A DNA stretch of 62,632 nucleotides, counting the filler. It is 6 parts of 6 records of this genome, joined end to end, with 100 filler letters (N's around TTAATTAATTAA, not from the genome) between each part and the next. Parts side by side here need not be neighbours in the genome. Positions count along the whole stretch, not along the records: positions 47,859 to 56,890 come from SRR20825019_3086; positions 56,991 to 62,632 come from SRR20825019_3111; 4 more parts are not named here. The stretch is one strand, 5' to 3'. The number at the start of each line of letters is the position of its first letter. Position 1 is the stretch's first letter. Shown here piece after piece: positions 51,721 to 62,632 of the stretch. A program made the position numbers and the translations under genes. The notes under the pieces were generated by a model. The model was not told the origin of the DNA. It worked only from the letters and a program-made list of their open reading frames with translations, and ran no database searches.

Positions 51721-54321
51721 ATGTCCCGTATGCTGCTAGCCGCCGTAGCGGTCGCTGCAGTGATTGCCGTGGGCGTCAACGCCCTCCATGAGGATGAGGT
51801 CGGTAACCGTGATTGGTACCAGGCCAACATCGGTGATATCACCCATGCCTCCTTCCACCCCTCCTCCCCTAGCCTCAAGCAGGTCTACGTAGCCTCCAAG
51901 CAGGGAGTCGTGGCTGCCATTCCCACTGCGGCCTCATCCAACGGCGAGATCCGCTGGCGCCACATCCTATCCGTCAAGGATAAGGCGGAGTGCATCGTCG
52001 CACATGGTGACGAGATGGCACATATTATCACCACCCGCGGGCAGGTCATGATGGTGGCCCCTGGTAACGGGCAGGTCCTTGCCTCCACCTCCCTCAAGCT
52101 GTCAGAGTACAGCTTCGATAACCAGCTCCGTGTCTTCGGATGCGCAAAGGGCGAGGCTAAGAACACCGTTGTTGTCTTTGCCAGCGTTGCCTCTGGTGAC
52201 GCTGACACTGAGATCATCCGTGTTGTTATTGGAGACGATGGCAAGCGTGTTGGATCCAAGGCCGTCGCAACCCTCTCCGGTGCCACCACTGCCATTAAGT
52301 CCGCCGCCTTCAGTCCCAACGGCGCTAACGCCTGGGTCATCGCCGAGGACTCCCAGCTCCTCTTCGCCATCTCCTTCGCTGCCGATAAGCTCACCGTTGC
52401 TAAGCTCTCCACCAAGGCCAGCGATATCGCCTCTGTGACCGACTCCAACACTGCTATCGTCCGTGTGCCCACCACCGATGGTAAGAAGGTATTCAAGGCT
52501 ATCACTAGCTCCGGAGCTGATGATAAGGCCATCACCGTCCCCGCCTGTGCCAGCAAGCACTGCAAGTACGTCCTCGAGAGCGGATCCATCGTGGGTGTAT
52601 CCCGCGCCTCTGAGTCCTCCCTCGACATCACCACCAAGGGTGCCGCCGTCTCTGTTGCCAACATTGGTACCTGGGCCCCTACCATCCTTGCCAGCACCAC
52701 CGTTGCCACCTCCGGAAAGGTGGTTCTTCTCCTTAAGGGATGCAACAGTGATATCCAGCTAGTGACCGTCGCCGATGGCCGTGGTGAGATTGCCTGGTCC
52801 CGTCTTGAGGGTATGGCCTCCCCTGCCTTTGTCCGCATTGCTGACCAGGAGACCATCGCCGGACACGAAGTGCGTCTTCGCACCAAGGAGGAGCGTTTCG
52901 GCTTCCACCAGCGCGTCTTCATGCTCAGCAAGTTCGGTACCATCTACACCTTCCAGACTGGCCCCACCGCCGTCCCTGCCGTGCTCGTCGATGTTGAGGG
53001 AGAGGTTGCCTCTGCCCTCGGTATGGCATGTGTCCGCTTCTCTCTCACCTTCCGTCGTATGACCGTCGAGAGCGGAATCGTCGCCGTGGTTGCGTACCAC
53101 GAGCCCACCTCCAGCGCCGTCACCGTTATCGTCGATGCCTCCACTGGTGCGATTCGTAAGTCCGAGACCAAGGTCACCAAGAACGCCGCCATGTTCTACG
53201 GCCCTCTTATCGTTGATAACAGCAACCAGGTTCACTACCACAACCTTGAGAAGCACTGGCCTCACGTCGGTGTCCACGCCGTTGATATGCGCGAGTCCAA
53301 GACCGGAGTCCTAAGCGGTGTCACCGTTGGTAAGGACGGTCAGGCTGCCCAGACATGGCGCATGCGCTTCGGACAGCGTGTCGTAGGACACGCCTCCGGT
53401 GCCCAGTCCCCCCTGAACATCATGTCCGCCGAGAACCTCCGCGTCTACACCAACACCTCCAAGGCCACTAGCGTCAACGAGGTTCGCAGGAAGTACCCCA
53501 CCGCCAACGTCTTGGTCGTTGCCCACGTTGAGACTAGCCGTGCCACCCCACCTGTGAAGACCCTCGTCATCACCGCCCTTGACATCGTCTCCGGTTCCGT
53601 CCTCAACGTTGTCCGTCACAAGGACGCCCAGGGCCCCATCCACATCGTCATTGCTGAGCATGCCGTCATCTATCACTTCTACAACACCTTCTCTCAGCGC
53701 TTCATGATTGGTGTGTGGGAGATGTTCGAGCGTGAGGACTCCCTCATCACCGATGCCAACATGGCTAGCCCCGCCCAGGTGATCTCCTCCATCATCGTCC
53801 CCAGCAAGATCCGTACCGTCTCGTCTGCCTCCCTCCGACCCCCTGTAGTCCCTTCCCAGGTCCTCCTGTTCCCCCCTGGTGCCATCACTTCCCTTGGTGT
53901 CACCAACTCCTACCACGGCATCGCCCGTAAGCAGCTCGTCGCCACCACCACCGCTGGTAACGTCTACACCGTCGATCTCCGCACTGTGCTGTTCGGAGGA
54001 CAGGTCAACCCCCAGAAGCCCGATGCCCCACCCTACAGCTTCGTCGCCGTTTCTCCCCTGAACATCATCTCCTTCGGCCAGCCCGTCATGGGTGCCACTC
54101 AGGTGATCACCTCCCCCACCACCCTCGAGAGCTCCTCCCACGTGGTGGTAGTCGGTATTGACACTTTCTACATGCGAGTGTCCTCTGGCAAGGCCTGGGA
54201 TCTCCTCAACGACGACTTTAACGCACCTCTCCTAGTTGTCACCTTAGTTGCTTTTGCTGTCCTGACCTTCGTCGCCAGGTACTTTGCCAACAAGAAGGGA
54301 CTGTCCGTTGCTTGGGCATAG
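51721..54321 (+). CDS. EMC1: ER membrane protein complex subunit 1
   Basis: Signal peptide plus ALHEDEVG.RDW, TNSYHGIA.KQL, PT.LESSS.VV..G.D.F, SSGK.WDLL.DDFN, C-terminal TM ending L..AW. Confidence 0.9.
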   Translation: MSRMLLAAVAVAAVIAVGVNALHEDEVGNRDWYQANIGDITHASFHPSSPSLKQVYVASKQGVVAAIPTAASSNGEIRWRHILSVKDKAECIVAHGDEMAHIITTRGQVMMVAPGNGQVLASTSLKLSEYSFDNQLRVFGCAKGEAKNTVVVFASVASGDADTEIIRVVIGDDGKRVGSKAVATLSGATTAIKSAAFSPNGANAWVIAEDSQLLFAISFAADKLTVAKLSTKASDIASVTDSNTAIVRVPTTDGKKVFKAITSSGADDKAITVPACASKHCKYVLESGSIVGVSRASESSLDITTKGAAVSVANIGTWAPTILASTTVATSGKVVLLLKGCNSDIQLVTVADGRGEIAWSRLEGMASPAFVRIADQETIAGHEVRLRTKEERFGFHQRVFMLSKFGTIYTFQTGPTAVPAVLVDVEGEVASALGMACVRFSLTFRRMTVESGIVAVVAYHEPTSSAVTVIVDASTGAIRKSETKVTKNAAMFYGPLIVDNSNQVHYHNLEKHWPHVGVHAVDMRESKTGVLSGVTVGKDGQAAQTWRMRFGQRVVGHASGAQSPLNIMSAENLRVYTNTSKATSVNEVRRKYPTANVLVVAHVETSRATPPVKTLVITALDIVSGSVLNVVRHKDAQGPIHIVIAEHAVIYHFYNTFSQRFMIGVWEMFEREDSLITDANMASPAQVISSIIVPSKIRTVSSASLRPPVVPSQVLLFPPGAITSLGVTNSYHGIARKQLVATTTAGNVYTVDLRTVLFGGQVNPQKPDAPPYSFVAVSPLNIISFGQPVMGATQVITSPTTLESSSHVVVVGIDTFYMRVSSGKAWDLLNDDFNAPLLVVTLVAFAVLTFVARYFANKKGLSVAWA

Positions 54322-54578
54322 GAAACACATCAACACTGCTTCAATTGCCATGACAACATGAAGAAGCATAGTACAACACACAACCAAATTAAAACAAAAG
54401 AAACAACTATTGTGCTTATCACGGAATCAACATCAAAATAGTGCTTAGTTACCTCATTGAATGAGGCCTTGTTTGTTAAAAACATTGATCTGGTTTATAT
54501 ATTTCCCCCTTTCCTACATCCTTTCATTTTTATCGAAAGCGCCAACAGTGGGTACATACAAACAATTTAAGATATCCA

Positions 54579-56890
54579 ATGCCGAAGCCCACCTCTAGAG
54601 ACCACTACGAGATGAGGGATTCGTCATCATCGCCACAGGGGAAGAAGAACACAGGATTCTATGGCTTTAATGGTGGTGAGACGTCATCGTCGGCACTTCA
54701 ACGGCGCACACCCAATGGCCAGGTCTACTACGCTGCCAATGAGCACCAACAGCCTGCTGCTCGCCGCACCCCTTCCAACCACAGCACCAGTACCGGAGGA
54801 CACCCTCCTGCGTCCCGCAGTGTACAGCACTCCGCCAACACATCGGTAAGCGGCTACCAGCAACCAACATCTTCAAGGGCCCCAACCACGGAGGAAGTGG
54901 AGGAGAAGATTCGTAATCTTAAGAAGACCATGGCCAATGATAACTCCTCTCGTCTGGCTGCTTACGAGGCACGTAAGCACGTCATGGCTGATGCGAGGCG
55001 GAGGCGTGAGGATGAGGCCCGCATGGCAGAGATGGAGAGGCCCCCCTCTAACCTACATGACTACCAACAGGACCTCTCCTCCCCCTGGATTGCCCAGAGC
55101 GCCTCTAGGGTGTTACATTCGGTACATGCCGATGATCTTGAAAAGGAGGGTGTTGAATTTGGAAACGACAAACCACAACATCGGCAACAATCACATCATC
55201 GAGACCGTAGTGCCAGTCGGTCGCACAGTGTCAATAGCACTGTATCCAGAGCATCCTCACAAGAGGGAGAGCGGGGGCCATACAACCCAACTGTGGGAGG
55301 AGTGTTCCCGAAGAACAAATACATCGACCCAAGCGACGTAGTCTATGTCAATGTTCAGGGTCGTGTTAATCAGCTCATCAATCAACGCAGGGCTGCGAGT
55401 TCGCAGCGCCAACCTTCCTCAGAGTACGGGACTGTTGCAACGTACACGCACGAGCTTGAAACGGCCAGGATGCGTAGAGCAGTAGGTCAAGATCGACTAC
55501 GCTCCGAGCACCACTACAGCAGCTATGGTGTCATGTCCGAAGAGGAGGCGGACGCGGCCCATTGGAGGCAACAGCCACTTCGCACCATTAAGACTGTCGA
55601 CTGGAGATCCAAGGATGAGTCATTGATTTTGGGTAAAACGCCCAAGTCTGTAAAGCTTAGGATGCAACATACTGAGAGCGTACTCGCCTCCAGTGCACTC
55701 CGCCCCGTGCTTGATCAATCCGAAATTAAAGCCGGGCATGTACCTGACCAAAAGAGGTTACAGCGAGCCGCCAAACGCCCCCAACGAACTGCCTCCCAGA
55801 TGGCCGCACAGTCCTTCAGCGCACTGACTCGTACCCAGTCACGTGGTTTGAACGTTTCTAGTAACCCCTTTAATTCCAGTGTGGGGTTAGTGCCTCATGC
55901 CACGGCTAAAAGGGGGCTTGAGTCTACATTGAAGAAGCGTACCACAACAGGTAACCATCACCTCAATAACACCTCTGTATCCGCGGCTGTGGAGTACACC
56001 CCAAGGAGTCGCTTCGAAGTGCCGTTCGATACCGAGCTATCCCCCATGAGTGACTGTACTGCCGCCGGATCCCCTGGCCATCTAGGAAGTACACTAAAAC
56101 CGCACACCATGGAGGCCCTTCCCTCTCGGCATGCTGACCAACAACATCATCACCACCAACACGATCACCGCTCCCCAAGCCCAGCCCACTCATCTACAAC
56201 TGACCGGGAGAGCTCCCTTGCAAATGATATCGACAGCAACAATCGTAACTATGTAATTCGTCGGGCAGTGGAGAATCAGCGACGGAAGTTGATTCAGCAG
56301 GGCGTTATCAAGGAGCGCCCCCAGAGCACCACCACCGCCGCCCCATCCTACAACAATAGCAACATCAGCTCCATCAGGGAAGAGGGGGATGCTAGTCTTG
56401 CGGGGTACACCAAGACGGATTACTCTTACTACAAGGCACCACGCACCTCATTGGCAGCACCCCCCAAACACCACCAGCAACAACAACAACACCATCGGGT
56501 TATCAGCGATATGAGCTCTATGAGTAATAATAGCCGGTATGTATCCCCCTCGAAGGAGGAGATCATAGAGGCCTCTAGATATGGCGGTATGAGCACCACC
56601 AAAGCATCCCCCTCATCATCATCATCCCCTCGCCAACATGGAAGAGGACCAACGTCGACCGTGTCTCCTGCACTGAAGACTGAGGAGGTGCGCAAGACTC
56701 TATTCTCACCTGAACAGCCCCGGCCCGATCCACGATTTGAGCGGTACTCTCCCCCTCGTACCGCAGAGGATCACCCACAACTTTCCGCCCGCGAACGTCT
56801 CCTTGCAGTAAGTCGCCAAAATCCAAACCACCAACCCGATAATTGGCGCTCGGCACGAGATGACATTGTAAAGCAACACAACAACAGTCA
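54579..56890 (+). CDS. Low-complexity Ser/Arg/Gln/His-rich hypothetical eukaryotic protein, 3'-truncated
   Basis: Uninterrupted ORF of about 770 codons on the same strand as its neighbours. No recognisable domain. Confidence 0.7.
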
Positions 56891-56990
56891 NNNNNNNNNN
56901 NNNNNNNNNNNNNNNNNNNNNNNNNNNNNNNNNNTTAATTAATTAANNNNNNNNNNNNNNNNNNNNNNNNNNNNNNNNNNNNNNNNNNNN
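56891..56990. other. Artificial contig-joining spacer
   Basis: 44 N + TTAATTAATTAA + 44 N. Confidence 0.98.
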
Positions 56991-58368
56991 TGTAGAGCGA
57001 GAAGAAGATCGGGATCTGCATCAGGATCGGCAGACAGCCCGCGGCGGGGTTCACCTTGTTCTTCTTGTAGAGCTCCATCATGCCCTGCTGGACCTTTTGA
57101 CGGTCGTCGCCGGCATCGGCTTTCATCTTCTCCATCTCGGGCTGCAATTCTTTCATGCGCGCCATCGAGACGTAGGATTTGTAGGCCAGCGGGAACAGCA
57201 CGGCCTTGATGATCAGCGTCAGGGTGATGATCGAAAGACCCATGTTGCCGATCAGCTTGTGCAACTCGTGCAGCAGCCAGAAGATCGGCTTGGTCAGGAA
57301 AAAGAACCAGCCCCAGTCGATGCTGTCGACAAAGCCGCTGATGCCTGCCTTTTGATAGGCTTGCAGGACTTCCCATTCCTTGGGGCCTGCGAACATCTGT
57401 GTGTCGCTGGTGACGGTCTGGCCCGGCTCGACGGTGCGTGTGGGCAGGCGCGTGACGGCACGGTAGACGTTGGCGGCCTGGTCATAGGTCAGCGCCTGGT
57501 CAAAGGTTGTGCCGGTCTCGGGGATCAGGATCGTCTGCCAGTAGTGGTCCGAAAAGCCGATCCAGCCCTCGGTGACGTCCTTGGTCACGATGGCGGGGCG
57601 GCCCCATGCGGGGTCGACGTCGGCATCGGGGATTTCGTCCCATTTGGTCTCTGTCAGCTCGCCATTGGCCATGGCAACCGCACCTTCGTGCAGGATGAAG
57701 AATTTCTTCAGGCCCGATGGCTCACCATGGCGCACGACCATGCCATAGGGGGCTGCGCGCACGGCGGTGTCGCTGTTGTTGCTCAGGGTCTGGACGATGT
57801 TGAACATATATTCGTCGTCCACCGAAATCTCGCGGCGGAAGACCAGACCGTTGCCGTTGTCCCATTCCAGCGTCACAGGCGTGTCGACCGTCAGCGCGCC
57901 TGTGCCCACTTGCGTCCATTCGGTCGACGGGCCGGGCACCGCATCGGCGGGCAGGTCGCCAGCGGGGGCCCAGCCTTGAAGCGCGTAATAGGCATCGGGC
58001 GAGCCGACGGGCGCCAGCATGGTGACGGTCTCGGAATCGGGTTCGATGGTGACGTGGTAGTCTTTCAGGCGCAGCTGATCGAGACGGCCACCGGCCAGCG
58101 AGATCGAGCCGTCCAGACGCGCGGTGTCGATCTGGATGCGCGGCGCTTCCACGGCAGCGACGGGGGCCTGTGTCACTGGCGCTGCAGCGTCGGGCTGGTT
58201 CGCCGTGCCAGAAGGCACGGTCGCGGTGCCTTCAGTGTTCTGCACCTGCTCGGTCGGAGTTTCAGTCGCCGGATCGGGTTCGGGCGGGGGAAACGCCACG
58301 AACCAGACAAGGATCACGACGAAGCTGAGAGCTGTTGCAAGAATAAGGTTCTTGTTCTGATCGTCCAT
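56991..58368 (-). CDS. yidC: Membrane protein insertase YidC, 3'-truncated
   Basis: MDDQNKNLILATALS, IDWGWFFFLTKP, SMARMKELQP, VNP.AGCLPILMQIPIFFSLY. Confidence 0.96.
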
Positions 58369-58495
58369 AGGGACAGGCACCTGCGCAATTTGTATATCAC
58401 GCAGGGTTCAACAGAGATGGGACCCAAAGGTCAAGCGGATTCGGGGACGCGGGCGCTGACCCGCCGCGCCTTATCCGCGCAGGCAGGACGGTGTT

Positions 58496-60046
58496 TCACA
58501 GGGCCGAACCCCGTCTGCCGCTGATCGCGGGCGCGTCCGCAAGCTTGGCATTGTGGCTGCGCATCCAGTTCAGGGTCTGGTCAAAGGGGATGGGCCGGCA
58601 GATGCCAAAGCCCTGCACATGGTCACAGCCCAACTGCGCCAGCAACGCGTGTTCGCCAACCGTTTCAACCCCTTCGGCCAGCGTTTCGACCTGCAACCGT
58701 TCGGCCATGGTCAGGATGGCGCTGATCATCCGCTGTTGTTCCGGGTCGCGGTCGGATTTCATCACGAAACTGCGGTCGATCTTGATCCGGCTGACGGAAA
58801 ACCGCCGGATCGCCGCAATCGACGCATTACCAGTGCCAAAGTCGTCCAGGTCAATCCGGCACCCCAGCTTGCCCAGTCCGCCCAGATTGCGACAGACCAC
58901 ATCGTCAGGGGCGGCGGTCACCACGGTTTCCAGCACCTCGACCGCCAGCCGGTCGGCGGCCAGGTCAAAGCGGTCCAGCTCCCATGTGATCTTTTCCACC
59001 AGACGGGGATTGCGCAATTCGCTGCCCGAAAAGTTCACGCCAACCTGTGGCACATGCTCGCCCGCGGCATCCCACGCCTTGAGCGCGGTAAAGGTGTGGT
59101 ACATCATCACCTCGGACAGGCGTTCCAGCAGACCACCCTGTTCCAGAGCGGGCAGGAATTCGGCAGGGGGGATCACGCCGCGTTCGGGGTGGACCCAGCG
59201 CGCCAGCGCCTCGAACCCTGAAACCTTGCCGGTGTCGGTGGAAATCTGCGGTTGGTACCATGGCTGGATATGCCCGCTTTCCAGGGCAAGGGCGGCCTCT
59301 TCGCGCAGCGCGGTGCGGGCGGTGGTGGCAATCTGCATCTCATGGGAAAAGGCGCGGATCGTCGAGGGACCGCGCCTGCGCGCCTCCACCAGAGCCGTGC
59401 GCGCCGCGGTCATCCACGGAATGCTGCCGGGTTCGGGGGCGCGGGCGTTCAGGCAAAAACCCACAGCGCAGGACATATAGACGGTGGTGCCATCCACAGC
59501 GATCGGCTCTTCTATGGCGGACTGAATGCGGCTGGCCATCTGAATGCATGTCTCAAGATCGAACCGCGTCGACGGCGCGCAGCAGATGGCAAAGCGGGCG
59601 TCCCCCGTTCGGGTCACCACGTCATCGTCACGCAGGGCGGTAACAATCCGCTGTGTCACCCGCGCGGCCACCGTGTCGGCGGCGGCTTGTCCGTGCTGGT
59701 TGATGAGGCTTTCAAAATCGTCCAGCTCCAGCATCAGCATGGCGGAAGACAATTGTTGTTCCTGCGCGGTCTGCCAGATGCGCGCGGCCATCTCGTCGAA
59801 ATGGGCACGTTGCAGTATGCCGGTGGTGGCATCGCGCATGGTGTCCACGCCACCCCCGCCCGAGGAATGCAGCGCCAGAAGCAGCATCGGCACAACGATG
59901 CCGATACCGACAAAGACCGTTTCGCCACCCCACCAGTAGGCGGCCAGCATCACCGCCGACAAGAATGCCAGCGCCTGCGGGCCATGGAACACAATTCGCA
60001 GATCTTCACGCAATCGGGTCAAATATCGTGATCGGCGTTTGGCCAT
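58496..60046 (-). CDS. GGDEF-EAL protein (degenerate GGDEF, intact EAL), probable c-di-GMP phosphodiesterase
   Basis: Two N-terminal TM segments. GGDEF replaced by TGDARF. YQPQ, GFEALARW, DDFGTG, IKIDRSFV, AEGVET, QGF. Confidence 0.9.
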   Translation of the reverse strand: MAKRRSRYLTRLREDLRIVFHGPQALAFLSAVMLAAYWWGGETVFVGIGIVVPMLLLALHSSGGGGVDTMRDATTGILQRAHFDEMAARIWQTAQEQQLSSAMLMLELDDFESLINQHGQAAADTVAARVTQRIVTALRDDDVVTRTGDARFAICCAPSTRFDLETCIQMASRIQSAIEEPIAVDGTTVYMSCAVGFCLNARAPEPGSIPWMTAARTALVEARRRGPSTIRAFSHEMQIATTARTALREEAALALESGHIQPWYQPQISTDTGKVSGFEALARWVHPERGVIPPAEFLPALEQGGLLERLSEVMMYHTFTALKAWDAAGEHVPQVGVNFSGSELRNPRLVEKITWELDRFDLAADRLAVEVLETVVTAAPDDVVCRNLGGLGKLGCRIDLDDFGTGNASIAAIRRFSVSRIKIDRSFVMKSDRDPEQQRMISAILTMAERLQVETLAEGVETVGEHALLAQLGCDHVQGFGICRPIPFDQTLNWMRSHNAKLADAPAISGRRGSAL

Positions 60047-60120
60047 GAGAATCCCTCGAAGAACATGCGTGCAGGCGCATTGAGCACCGGCAGAGTGCCG
60101 CGAGGGATATGACGCCGAGG

Positions 60121-61014
60121 TTAACGCAGGTCGGGAATACCGTCTGCATTTGGTTCAAATTTTTCTGAACTCAGCATCAACCCGGCAAAATCGAACAGTT
60201 TCGGGTCCAACAGATGCGACGGACGCGCGTTCATCAGTGCGCGGAACATCACCTGACGGCGGCCGGGGCTGTTGGCCTCCCAACCGTCGAGGATCTGCTT
60301 GACCTGTTGACGTTGCAAGCCGTCCTGGCTGCCGCACAGGTCGCAGGGGATGATCGGGTAGTTCATCGCGCGGGCGAATTTCTCGCAATCCGCCTCGGCC
60401 ACATGGGCCAGCGGGCGATAGAGGAACAGGTCGCCCTCTTCGTTGACCAGTTTCGGCGGCATCGTCGCCAGACGGCCACCGTGGAACAGGTTCATGAAAA
60501 ATGTCTCTAGAATATCGTCGCGGTGGTGGCCCAGCACCACGGCGCTGCACCCTTCCTCGCGGGCGATGCGATAGAGGTTGCCGCGCCGCAACCGCGAGCA
60601 CAGCGCGCAGAAGGTGCGCCCTGCGGGCACCTTGTCGACGACGATGCTGTAGGTGTCCTGATATTCGATGCGATGCGGCACGCCCATGCGTTCCAGAAAC
60701 TCGGGCAGGACGGTGGCGGGAAAATTCGGTTGCCCCTGATCCAGGTTGCACGCCAGCAGATCCACCGGCAGCAGGCCGCGCCATTGCAATTCGTGCAGCA
60801 CGGCCAGCAGGGTATAGCTGTCTTTGCCGCCCGACAGGCACACCAGCCACTTTTGCCGCTTGGCGCCGGGTTCATGCGCGCCCGCATCGATCATGCCGTA
60901 TTGTTCGATCGCCTCGCGGGTATAACGCACGATGCGCTTGCGCAGCTTGCGAAACTCGGTGGTTTCGGGGGCACCTTCGAACAGGGCATGGATTTCTGAA
61001 ATCTCGTCACGCAT
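60121..61014 (-). CDS. ttcA: tRNA 2-thiocytidine(32) synthetase
   Basis: PP-loop [29 protein letters not shown]. Confidence 0.96.
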   Translation of the reverse strand: MRDEISEIHALFEGAPETTEFRKLRKRIVRYTREAIEQYGMIDAGAHEPGAKRQKWLVCLSGGKDSYTLLAVLHELQWRGLLPVDLLACNLDQGQPNFPATVLPEFLERMGVPHRIEYQDTYSIVVDKVPAGRTFCALCSRLRRGNLYRIAREEGCSAVVLGHHRDDILETFFMNLFHGGRLATMPPKLVNEEGDLFLYRPLAHVAEADCEKFARAMNYPIIPCDLCGSQDGLQRQQVKQILDGWEANSPGRRQVMFRALMNARPSHLLDPKLFDFAGLMLSSEKFEPNADGIPDLR

Positions 61015-61055
61015 GGGGGCTGAATACTCTTATGCGGGCGGCAAAGCCAGTGGGG

Positions 61056-61301
61056 TCAGTCGTGGGTGTGGTCGGGCCCGGAATCGGGGACGGGGTCGTA
61101 TCCGTCGCCGCCCCAGGGGTGACAGCGGCCAATGCGGCGGGCGGCCAGCAGGCTGCCGCGCAGGGCGCCGTGTTTTTCCAGCGCCTCCATCGCATAGGTG
61201 CTGCAGGTGGGTTGATAGCGGCAGTTGAACCCGACCCAGGGCGAGAACACCAACCGATAGGCGCGCACGGGCAGGGCGACCAGATGGGCCAGCGGAGTCA
61301 T
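61056..61301 (-). CDS. yidD: Membrane protein insertion efficiency factor
   Basis: [29 protein letters not shown]. Confidence 0.96.
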   Translation of the reverse strand: MTPLAHLVALPVRAYRLVFSPWVGFNCRYQPTCSTYAMEALEKHGALRGSLLAARRIGRCHPWGGDGYDPVPDSGPDHTHD

Positions 61302-61708
61302 TTGGTGGCCAAGGCGGCACGCAGGTCGGCGCGCATCTGTTCGAAATCGCGGGTGGCAGTCACCTGATGGCGCCCGATCAACACGTAATCTGTGCCGGCG
61401 GTGCCATGCTCGGGCAGTTCCAGCCGCGCGATTTCGCGCAGGCGGCGCTTGGCCCGGTTGCGGGCAACGGCATTGCCGACCTTTTTGGAACAGGTGAACC
61501 CCACACGCAGCGGCGCATCATCGCCACGGCTGCGGATTTGCAGCACAAAGCCGGGCGTGACCACACGGGGGCCACGCGACGCGCGCAGGAAATCGGCGCG
61601 GTTCTTCAGGATCTGGTCGCTTTTGAGGGACGCCAAACGTGACAAACCCGCCCGAGGCTGGTCCGATCCAGCGCGAACGCTGTCTGCGGGGGCCTCCGGC
61701 GGGGTCAT
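61298..61708 (-). CDS. rnpA: Ribonuclease P protein component
   Basis: [23 protein letters not shown]. Confidence 0.95.
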   Translation of the reverse strand: MTPPEAPADSVRAGSDQPRAGLSRLASLKSDQILKNRADFLRASRGPRVVTPGFVLQIRSRGDDAPLRVGFTCSKKVGNAVARNRAKRRLREIARLELPEHGTAGTDYVLIGRHQVTATRDFEQMRADLRAALATK

Positions 61709-61730
61709 GTAGATACCGTGACGCAGGCGC

Positions 61731-61865
61731 TTACGCGCTCAGCGACTTCCGGCCACGTGCGCGACGTGCGTTCAGGATCTTGCGACCTGCTTTTGTCGCC
61801 ATGCGCGCGCGGAAACCGTGGCGCCGTTTGCGCACGAGGTTGCTTGGTTGAAAGGTGCGTTTCAT
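61731..61865 (-). CDS. rpmH: 50S ribosomal protein L34
   Basis: [44 protein letters not shown] (44 aa, too short for the ORF track). Confidence 0.97.
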
Positions 61866-62170
61866 CGCTCCGTCTCCGTCTTTTCGGATGGGCTGCGCGG
61901 AATCGCTGTGCCCGGAATATGTTCAAGGCCCGTCCTCTAACCGCCGTAGGGGGGCAAGTCAAACCCTCAAACGGACAAATCATGCCCCAAGGTGCAACAT
62001 TCGCGGGGCTGTGGCGGTTTTAATGTTTCAAAACCACGCCGATAGGGTGGAAATGGCTCTGAAACAGTCACCGGCGATCACCCGCGCGTGACCAGACTGT
62101 TACAGCCATCGGCGCGCCCGTACCTATAGGTTACACCAAACGCATATAAATGCCAAAGGCCGCCTGATCC

Positions 62171-62632
62171 ATGCCCCAAGACCCGACCAAATCCAATACA
62201 TCCGCGCTGCTGCGCCGTTTGCCGCTGGTTGCGATTCTGCTGGTGGCGGCGGTGGGGGCGTTCACCCTGCGCGATTACCTGAGTTTCGACACCCTGCGTG
62301 ACAACCGCGCAGCGCTGCTGGCGTTTCGGGACGCACATTTCGCGCTGACGGCGCTGGGCTTTGTTGCGGCTTATGTTCTGATCGTAGCGTTCTCCTTGCC
62401 GGGGGCGACGATTGCGACGCTGACGGGCGGGTTTCTGTTCGGCACGGTGCTGGGGTCGGTGTTCAACGTCACGGCGGCCACCCTTGGGGCCACGCTGATC
62501 TTTCTGGCGGCGCGGCACGGGCTGGGCGCGCAGCTGGGTTCAAAGCTGGAGAACAGCAAAGGTGTGGTGAAGCGGATCAAGGACGGGATTGATCAGAACC
62601 AGTGGTCGATGCTGTTCCTGATCCGGCTGGTG
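62171..62632 (+). CDS. TVP38/TMEM64 (DedA/VTT) family membrane protein, 3'-truncated
   Basis: My translation: ...AFSLPGA...TLTGGFLFG...AATLGA.LIFLAAR...LFLIRLV. Open to the window end. Confidence 0.88.
   Translation, partial: MPQDPTKSNTSALLRRLPLVAILLVAAVGAFTLRDYLSFDTLRDNRAALLAFRDAHFALTALGFVAAYVLIVAFSLPGATIATLTGGFLFGTVLGSVFNVTAATLGATLIFLAARHGLGAQLGSKLENSKGVVKRIKDGIDQNQWSMLFLIRLV

Overview
This window is not one locus. It is six unrelated contigs joined by artificial 100-nt spacers (44 N + TTAATTAATTAA + 44 N), probably from a marine metagenome. (1) 1-12990, alphaproteobacterium: end of a LIV-type ABC operon, TetR, a 44-aa basic small protein, an amidase plus polyamine-type ABC operon, a LysR divergent from a split ThDP decarboxylase / acyl-CoA dehydrogenase / CaiB CoA-transferase operon, and the 5' end of katG with Irr/PerR-like boxes. 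(2) 13091-19006, Rhodobacteraceae-like: nrtA with an ANTAR antiterminator leader, nasS-nasT, an SGNH-MFS-LysR cassette and a gene remnant. (3) 19107-24420, intron-containing protist: coatomer beta and mitochondrial succinyl-CoA ligase alpha, head to head. (4) 24521-47758, Marinobacter-like gammaproteobacterium: cheV, flgAMN, an MshEN/DUF6160-like fusion, cyclophilin, mnmC, a CBS protein, a large lipoprotein, ligA-zipA-smc-gntR, a diguanylate cyclase, rluB-scpB-scpA-trpS and sucD-sucC. (5) 47859-56890, intronless eukaryote with all genes on one strand (kinetoplastid-like): PX sorting nexin, pseudo-hydrolase, EMC1 and a low-complexity protein. (6) 56991-62632, Rhodobacteraceae-like: rpmH-rnpA-yidD-ttcA-GGDEF/EAL-yidC and a TVP38/DedA gene. 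The best novelty candidates are the fusion of a c-di-GMP-binding MshEN domain to an internal signal peptide and a FilA/DUF6160-like domain beside flgAMN, and the orphan decarboxylase/ACAD/CoA-transferase pathway. All family and taxon calls come from motif recognition by eye; no database search was run.
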